A DNA stretch of 64,000 nucleotides from Puniceicoccaceae bacterium. Lineage in GTDB: Bacteria > Verrucomicrobiota > Verrucomicrobiia > Opitutales > Oceanipulchritudinaceae. Made by a program: the position numbers and the translations under genes. Shown here piece by piece: positions 38,101 to 47,100 of this stretch. The stretch's first letter is position 1. Each line of letters starts with the position of its first letter. The stretch spans positions 128,001-192,000 of the forward strand of contig JBFOMH010000005.1 of assembly GCA_040830765.1 (NCBI GenBank). Reading direction: 5' to 3'. The notes below the pieces were generated by a model. That model did no database searches, was not told the DNA's origin, and saw only the letters and a list, made by a program, of their open reading frames with translations.

Positions 38101-41100
38101 CGAGGGCACTTTCCTCATCAGAGGAAGCAAACGCAAAGGCACCAGCCCCGACGACCAGGGTCGGATCGGCAAAGGCCTCGACCTCCACCACTCCGGCTGC
38201 AGTCACGCGGACCCAGTCACTGATCTCGGCAGTCGTTTCCTGCTTGATCAGGTTAAAGGAGATCGAACCGGCGAATCCCCATGAGGAGCTGGCTTCGACG
38301 CCTTCATCGTTATCCTGGCTGCCGCCGCTCTGGATGGTATCCGTGTCACTGGACTTGCCAAAGATAGCAAGGACACCCCCGGAAAGCGGGCTGCCGTTGT
38401 CGGTCTTCTTCTCCTCACCGTTGTTGTCGCTACCCGTGGCTGCGCCGGCGGATGCGCCGAAAGACCAGGCAACAGGCGTTGAGTCGGCGAGGATATCGAT
38501 ATTGTTGCCGGCCGTTACCGTCCCTTGGACACCCCCGTAGCCACCAAAGTTGAGCGTCTCCAGCCGGTCGCCGATAAAGGCCCATGTCTCATCATCGATT
38601 TCCGTGATGGTGACCCCGATACCAACGCCTGTCTCTCCGCTGATGGCAAAGGATGGTGCAAGTGAGATAACAGTCGGATCACTGGTGGCATGGATGTTGA
38701 CGTCGCGTCCTGCCTCAACAAGTGCCCGGTCTTCAATCTGCGCGATGGTTGTCTGGCGCAGGCGGTTCCAGATGATGGCCCCATCGATTGAAGTCTTTTC
38801 GGAATAGGAACCGGAAATGGCCATCGTGACCAGTTCCGCAGCGGCTACGGCATCGATGTTGATGTCCTGACCGGCTTTGACTTCGGCCATATCATCGATG
38901 TAGGCGGTGGCAAAATTCTGGACCAGAATGATGTCCAGGTAGCCGCCGTACGACTTGGCAGCGGTCTCACCAAGAACAAAGTTCAGCACGGAAAGGTTGC
39001 CTGCGTAATGGACACTTTCGACCGTTCCGAAGGCGGTGACATTGACATCCTGGATCGCAATGTCACCCGGTGCCCACAGTTCTTCCGCCCGAGTATTGAC
39101 CTGCGCATTCTGGGCAATACCTGCGGAACCGGCATTGTATTCGAACATGATAGTGACACCGCCACCCGCAGCGGTCCCATCCCCTTCCGCCGAACCGGAG
39201 GTATGGATAAAACTCGTACCGACCTCGTTTTCATCGAGGGTATCCTCGGCGATCGGCCGTGCCTGGTCATCGAGCAACTGCTGGACTGAGGCCGTTTCCC
39301 CCACTCCGTCAAAATTGGTAAAGGAGGAGCCATATTGGTAGGTTGAGTCGATGGTACCGAGGTCCCGTTCCAGTTCCGCTCCTTCGCCGAAACCAAGGAT
39401 GGCCAGCGCCAGCTGCAGGGGCTCGACAGGACTGAGCAGCTCGGAATTACCAACGATATCGAGCTCCTGGCGCACATCGACGACGGAGTTCCAATTGATA
39501 AAGGCATTGGCCTTGTTGGCCACCTTGGAATAGGTCAAGGCACCACCCAGGTTCAGGCCTTCAGTCTCACCGCTGGCACCTGCGCTCGCCGAAGCACTTA
39601 TCTGGAAGGTGTCGGTGGCCTGTCCGTCAACATCCATGCGCCCACCGACGGTAATGAAGGCGTCATCACCGACGATTCCGTTACCCGTATTGTCGCTGGT
39701 GACGAATGCGAGGGACAAGGCATAGGCATCCTGCGGTTCTTCTTCCTGGGTCTTCTTGTCGCTGTCATCCTCTTCGCCGAGAAGGTTATAAACGATAATG
39801 ACCGGTTTGACTGTTTCGTAATCGAGCAGGTCAATAAAATCGAGAATCTTGGCCACCCATGAGAGGAGTCCATCGTCCTGCTCGTTGGGATCGTTATCGG
39901 TGTTCGAGGTTCCGGCATTGGAGGCAGAGAAGGTCCTGGTGACATTGAGGTCGTTGATGGCGCGACCGGCGACACTCAGGTCTCCATCTGTGAGGATGTT
40001 CCCACTGGCGGTCGCATTGGCGAAGGACTGGTTGAAGCCGAGTGCGATGGAGAATCCGTAGGCATCATCCTCCCCTTCCTCGGTTCCGAAACCGACGGTA
40101 ATGGCGTTGTTTTGGTAGCTACTGTGATTCTCAGCGAGAACGCTGGCAGTCGGGGCCTCGATAATGGCACCACTTTCGACAACCGCGTTCGAATAGACTT
40201 CGGAGATGGCCAGTGAGAAAGCCACGTTAAGGCTGACGTTCTTTGACGGGAGCAGTGTCAGGACATTGAGGTCGTTGTTGGCGAGGGCGTTGATATCGAC
40301 AGAAGTTCCTGAATAGATCTCGGCCCCCCGGGAAATAGTGGTTGCTGCATTGGGCTGGGTATTGCCATAGGTCACGCCAAAACTGGTGGTCTGGGTCGTC
40401 AGGCTGACATTGGTAGTTGCCTGAGAGGTTATGTCGATGTCACCGGTAGCCAATAGAAGTGCTTCGCCAACATGGACAATCGCATCGGCTCCGGCTGTCA
40501 GTGTGATGGCCGAATCGGTGGTCAATGTCACGGGGACATCAATCCCGGCAGAAGCGACCAGCTGAGGATCCACAGCTAGCGACTCTCCGAGCAGGTATCC
40601 ATCCGTCCCTGCTGCGCTGGTCCAGTTGTAGACCCGGCTGACGTGGGTGTTATTGCCGGCAATCAGCTCCAGGCCAGTTTCACCATCAAGGTCGGCAAGG
40701 ACAATCGCCCGCGTGAATTCCGCTTCCTCACCTATGTCAACGAATGGCTGCAGTACCCCGGCTTCGTTGAGGTAAAGCCGGTTAGGCTGCCCGTTATTGC
40801 CGGAGACAAGGTCGACATCGCCATCACCATCAACATCGTCGAGCAGAACGGCCTGGTTGGAGAAGAGTTCACTGTCGAGGATGGTGGAGGCGCTGAATCC
40901 TGCACCTGTGTACTGGTAAAGGCGCAGTTGCTCGCCATCCGTCCCGGCAACGAGTTCCAGTTCCGGATCCGCATCGATATTCCCCAAGGCGAGAGAGAGC
41001 GTGGCCAGGGATTCACCAGAATTGACATCGACTGCGGTATCGAATCCACCAAGTGCGAGTCCGGCGAAGAAAAGGTCGGGTGCGCCCGAAACGCCGGCGA

Positions 41101-44100
41101 GAAGGTCGTCTGTACCATCCTGATCGACATCCCCCATGACAAGGGTCGTGAACAGACCCGTCTGCAGTTGTGCCGGTGTGTCAAAGCGGTCGGCATCCGG
41201 AGCCGGTGCGGCGACATACTGGTAGGTCCAGATTCCGCTGAAGGCCGTGGAGATGATTAACTCCAGTTCGGGATCGGCATCAATATTGGCGGCGATGATA
41301 TCGGTTGTGTCGTATTCATCGACAAGAACGACGTTCTCGGCAGTGCCAAGGCCGGTCCCGTCATTGAGGTAGAATCGATCCGGTCCGTCATTAACCCCGA
41401 CTACCAGATCCGGTCCGTTTAATCCGTCAAAGTCTGCAACAAAGAGCGAGGTCCCGTCAAACTCAGTGCTATCAATGACCGTTGGGGCACCGAAAGTTCC
41501 CCCGGTGTTGGTAAAGAGCAGAAGTCCCTGACCGGAGGTAACTACGACAAGGTCTTCATCGAGGTCATTGTCAAAGTCGCCGAGGGCAATGTCGCGGACA
41601 GCATAGGAAGCTTCCAAGTCGACGTCAGCTGTCTTTTCGGTCAGGGCGTCGGCAAAGATGTTGATACTGCCAGCTACAATCCGGGCATCCATGCCAATGG
41701 AAATTTTGCTGAGGGTATCGGTATTCTGGAGCTGGGAGATGCCAAGCAGGCTCCACACTTCGCTGAAGAGATCCTCACCATGCAAGGTGATACTGCCTTC
41801 CGCAAATCCGCCATCCGCCTGGGCCAGCAAATTGACACCGTTGCCAACACTAATGACCGGTGCCTGGAGGATAAGGTTTCCGGAATCTGCCGTTGAAGCG
41901 TCTTCAACATGATTCTGTCCGGCGGCAACCTGGCGGGTGGAAATGGTCGTCGGGGCTTCCCGGGAAACCCGTACCCCGTTCTCGACTATGAACTCCTCAC
42001 CGGTGACGATGATGCCCTCTCCCGCGATAATGGTAATGTCGGTCAGGCCACCTCCGCCAATGAACCCGTTCAGAGTGACTGTTCCTTCAACTTCAAGGAC
42101 AAGGGAATCCGGAAGCAGATCCCCATTGCCAACAATGTTGGTGAAGACGCGGTCGCCGGTGAAATTCAGGATCTCGTCCCCATCAATGACCAAGTCTCCT
42201 GTCACCGGGGCTATAGCCACCGGGACCGGAACCACCCAGGCCGGAAAGGCATTGAAGGTCAGTGGGCCGGATGGATAGAGCGTGTTCGGGTCAATAGTGG
42301 TTTCATCATCCAGTTCAGGGTAAATTTCGGTCCCATTCTCCCATTCATCGAAAACTGTCCTAAAAACAGGGTCCCTCAAGAGCTCGCTTTCCCAGAGTGG
42401 GAAGGCACCGGAACCTGTTTCATACTCAATACTGCGCCAGTCCTCGTGCAGGGTGAACGAGCCCATACCGTCATAGACCAGCGTATAGCGGTCTGCGTAG
42501 CCGAAGGTGTCCTTGGTCTGGGGTAAACCGTTGCGCAAGGTGAGAACCGTCCATGCGGAGCCCTCGGTGATGGTGGAAACCACAAATCCGTTCTCGATAA
42601 CATGACCGAGATCATTCCGGTAAGCATCTTCCAGCAGAAGCCGGTTCAACCGGATCAAGGCCTCATCGGTGGTCGGGCTTGCTGCCAGGGCTAACTGGGT
42701 AGCAGGCCTGAGGTAAATCGGATTGCCCGGATCGTCAAAGAGGACGGGATCAAATATCGAGGCACCGGACTTGAGGATCTCGTTCAAGCCGAACGCGATC
42801 ATTTCCTGGGTTTCCGCAGTCGCTGCCGGATTCAGGAGAAAGGCCTGGTCCAACAAATCCGGATAGGTTGTCTGGAACTCGGTCCAGATGAAGTGCGAAA
42901 GCGGATCGGTAATGATGCCTGAAACGACCTGTGCTGCTCCTTCGATCAAGACAAGTTGGAATGGAAGAATCTTAACGGCATCCACCGGCGCCACATTGAG
43001 GATGTCCACCTCGTTGAAGAGGTAGGAACTGATACCCTGTCCGAGTGGCCCCAATCCGGTCTGGGTCGCCAAGGCATCCCTGATGAAGTCAGGCAGGACG
43101 GATGCATCAAGATTCCCGAGGGCAGTCGCTTCAGGCACACTACCGGGTAAAGTAATATCAATCAGGAATGGGGAAACCGGATCCAGACCCGTGTTGTCTC
43201 CTGCAGTCGCAACATATCCGGAATCCTTGTTGGTAATAACCTGGGCATTCTCATCATCGGGAACGCCTGCCTCCAATGGGACAATGCGGGCCATGCCGGC
43301 TATGACAAAATCACCTTCTTCAGGAAGAAGCTCGTTGGTCAGTTTAATTTGGATCTGCCCACCAACTGGTGATACCTCTGCGAGTGTTTCCCAAGCCTGC
43401 CCCTTGCGGTCGATTCCACTCTCCGGGAAGATAATCACACTGTCGGGAGCCATCTTCTGGTCGACGAGAATAGGCAGACCCCCATTGACGGTATACCGCG
43501 CAGCGGCGGCCGGCAATATCTCCCCTTCCTCGGTTATTCCGCCATTGAACAACCAATCGGTCTGCACCCGATAGGTCTTGGTGTCGTCAAGGCCCGTGAA
43601 GGTCCAGGTGACGAAGTGGCTTCCATCCCCTCCAGTCTTGAATCGATAGAGGTCGGATCGAACGGACTGACTGTCTTCACGCCACGGATGGTCCGTGTCG
43701 ATTGAGATGAGCCAGGCATCCCCATCCATTGGGAGGTCGTAGAAGTCGAACAGATTGACCGGGGCACCGAACCTGTCCAGGACACCCACGGTATCATAGA
43801 CCACAAATTCCGGATCCAGGGTTGGCCCGGCAATGTTGTAGACGCGGTACTGAAGGCCAGAGACACCAACAACACCATCGATGAGCCAACTGTTGTCGGT
43901 CAGGCGGCGGGTCTGCACCGAGTCGAAGTCTACCCCGAGGACGTTCAAGAACTCCGTGTCAAGAACTGCCGGAAGGATGGTTGTATTGAGGTCATCCAAG
44001 TCAGCAACCAAACCCGCGACACTGAACACCGATGCAATGTTGCCGTTGCTTGGGGACGGCATGATGGCCGTGAAGATGTTGCCTCCATGGTTGCCGACGA

Positions 44101-47100
44101 TGTTCAGCTTTTCGAAGTCGTAGTCGGTACCCGTCAGGTCACTCAGCAATTTGCTGACCGTCTTGGGTTGCGGGCCAAGCGGATCTTCAACCAGGGTCTC
44201 CTGAAGAAGCAGCATCTTGCCCATCACCACACTGTTGCGGTAAACAGCGAAGACTTCCTTGTCGAACTCGGCATTCGGCTTGGGGTCGCCACGGGCATCG
44301 TCATGGAAAGTCAGGACCAGCTGGTCGCCATCCCCAATGTCATAGGTCCGGGTATTGCCAACCAAATCCAGCGGCTGCAGATGATCCTTGCCCTCGAATC
44401 CAAGGTAGGCATCCATCCGCTCGTGGTCCACGTCCTTGAAGACGCTAATGACATTTCCGCCGATGGTGATGCTCTTGAGGTCAAGCAGGCCCGTGTCATC
44501 AATGACTTCAAAGACTTCAATATCGACCCCGTAGCGCTCAAGGATAGCCTCACGGATGGTCTCGTAGAGATACTCCTCGATCTTCTCCTTGATGTAATCG
44601 AGGAGCGGGGAAAGCGGATTGATATCGCCCAATAGCTGGTTCAGCGGATCGATGACCTTGTCCTCAAGGATATCGAGAAAATCGAAGACCGCGACCCGGA
44701 GATCCCCCACAGCCTTGGGATATCCAATCATCGGGATGAGGTACTTGTTGAGGAAACTGTCCTCGGTGTTTCCGTCATTGTTGGGATCATCCAGTTCATT
44801 GAACAGGTAATCAATCAGGCCGAAACTGCCTTCCTCCTCTGCCCGCGGGTCGGGGAAATCGGGATCCACCACATCCGGTCCGTCAGCTGCCCCTTCCCGG
44901 TTTTGCAGGATGCGGCGCTGTTCGTAATCAAATAGGGTATTGGAAATGGCCAGGCCAAGTTTGCTCCAGTTCTGGAATCCTTCATCCAAATTGTTAATCC
45001 AGTACTGCAGGTAGTCCTGGGCAAGGCCGCCACCGGCCGTTCCCATAGCTGTAACAAGATCGAGGATGATGGTCTCCAAATCGGGATCGTCAAAGATCTC
45101 ACCGCTGAAGATGATATCGAAGACTTCCTGGAACGGAGTGACAATGGAGTCGATGAGGGCAGTGAAATCGGAGATGAGCTGGTCGGTGTCGGGTATTTGA
45201 CCGGCCAGAAGCTGATCGCCGGCAGCAAGGATGCTGTTCACCTCTGTCCGGAAAGGATCGATGTCACCCGTGGAGTCCGGCAACTCGGATGCAATCTGGT
45301 CGAGAATCTTCCGCAGGCGGAGGAATTGATCGAGGATGATTCCGCGTGACTTGACGGTCTCCAGGACTTCCACCCGGTCATCCGCATATTTCCTGATGGT
45401 GAAATCACGGAAACCGTTCTTCATCGTCCAGACCGAACCTGGCACTGCCACCTCGATGCGGATTGCATCCGCCGGCAACAGGACAATCTTGCTCAGGACC
45501 GTGACCCCGCCGTTGTAGGTATCGAATTGATCGCCGAGATCACTGGGGAAGTCTCCGGCATCCAGGTCCGTGACAAGGCTCGGATCCACCATGTCGAATC
45601 CAAAAACAAATTCCTCACGGTGACCGGGCAGGTCAGGTAGGTCATTGATAAAGACGTCGTAGGTGAAGTAGACCGGGACATCCAGGGACTGCGAAAGGGT
45701 TCCCAGATCGGTTACGTCTCCGGTGGAAATTTGCTCGCGGTCTGTGCCGGTATCAAATCCGGGAGTAAAGACTCCCATGTATCCGTCCAGCAGGATGTGG
45801 CGGATGACATTCCCCGCTGCAAGGTCGCTGGTGACAGCCTTGGCAATGAAGGGGAACGGTCCGTCGGAGAACTCATTGACCAATGTATGCGACCAGACGT
45901 CCGCTATCGCGTGCAGGGGAAATCCAAAACCGAAGGAGAGGATTTGTAACTTTTCCTGCTCAGTGTACAGGTCATCAAATTGTGCCTCCCACGCCTTGTC
46001 CATGATGTGGGCAATCCAGACGCCGGTGGTCTCCGGGTGCACCTGAGTCTGTCCGAAGACAACATCCGGGAATCCGTCCGGACCGACCGCTCCGCCGTAG
46101 AAATGAGCAGGGTATTTGATCAACGCTTCCACTATTCGTGGATGGACGGGATACTCAACCCCCTCAATGGTGACCAAACCATCATCAATTGCATCGTCAC
46201 GCACATCCCGGGCAACCTCGATATGGGTGTACGGTTTAAAGGCCAACTCAGCGAGAGGGTCATCATCATTGTGGTCCAAACTATGGCCATGTTCAAAGCC
46301 CATCAGGTGACCCGCTTCATGGGCCACGTACTTGGCCAGCTCCTGTCCGTAGCTGACTGCATTGAAAAGCACGTCATCAGCAGCGCTGACAGCCGAGTCA
46401 AAAAGAATACCTCCGAGCGTGTCTGCACTTCTCCACAAGGCCTCCAACATGTCATCAAAGACAAAGGCTATGTCGCTGGTATCCGCATTCCCCTCATCAA
46501 TCTTTTCCGCGAGCCCGACGAATGCCTCGTGGTCCTTGAAGGCATCGGTTGAGCCCACGAAGATGGTTGAATAATCAACCGTTCCTACCGGCTTATCGGT
46601 CGTAAACTCAATCCCTGATCCGGCAAAGGCTAGTGCCAAAGAATCCAGCAGGGCGTCGGTCATGACGTCTAAATCTCCGGCAATAGCCTTTGGCAGATCC
46701 AGGGGATCAACCGCTATGTTCTCAATGGAAATGGGCCCTTCATAGTGGATCCCGAATGCGCCATCCAAGTCGATATAGAAGATCTGGCTTGGCGTTCCAT
46801 GGTGATGAAAGTCCTCAGCAGGGGGACCATTTGCGGCATGCAAGGTCGTCACGAGTTCACGTGAAAGGGGGTCGGCCAGATCGAGCAGACGGGTGTAGCC
46901 AAGCTGTCCGGAATGGAGATCCAAGGTCGCCGTTTCATCGGTTACCGGGTAGACGTTGAGTGCCCGGAATTCATCTTCCACCGACGCTGAGACATTGGCA
47001 GAAACATTATCCGATTGAGCGATCGGCGCATCCTCGATTGAGAAAATATCGTCGCCGTTTTGCTGGATTTCCTGGCCCGTCAACCGGTCGTCCTGATAGG

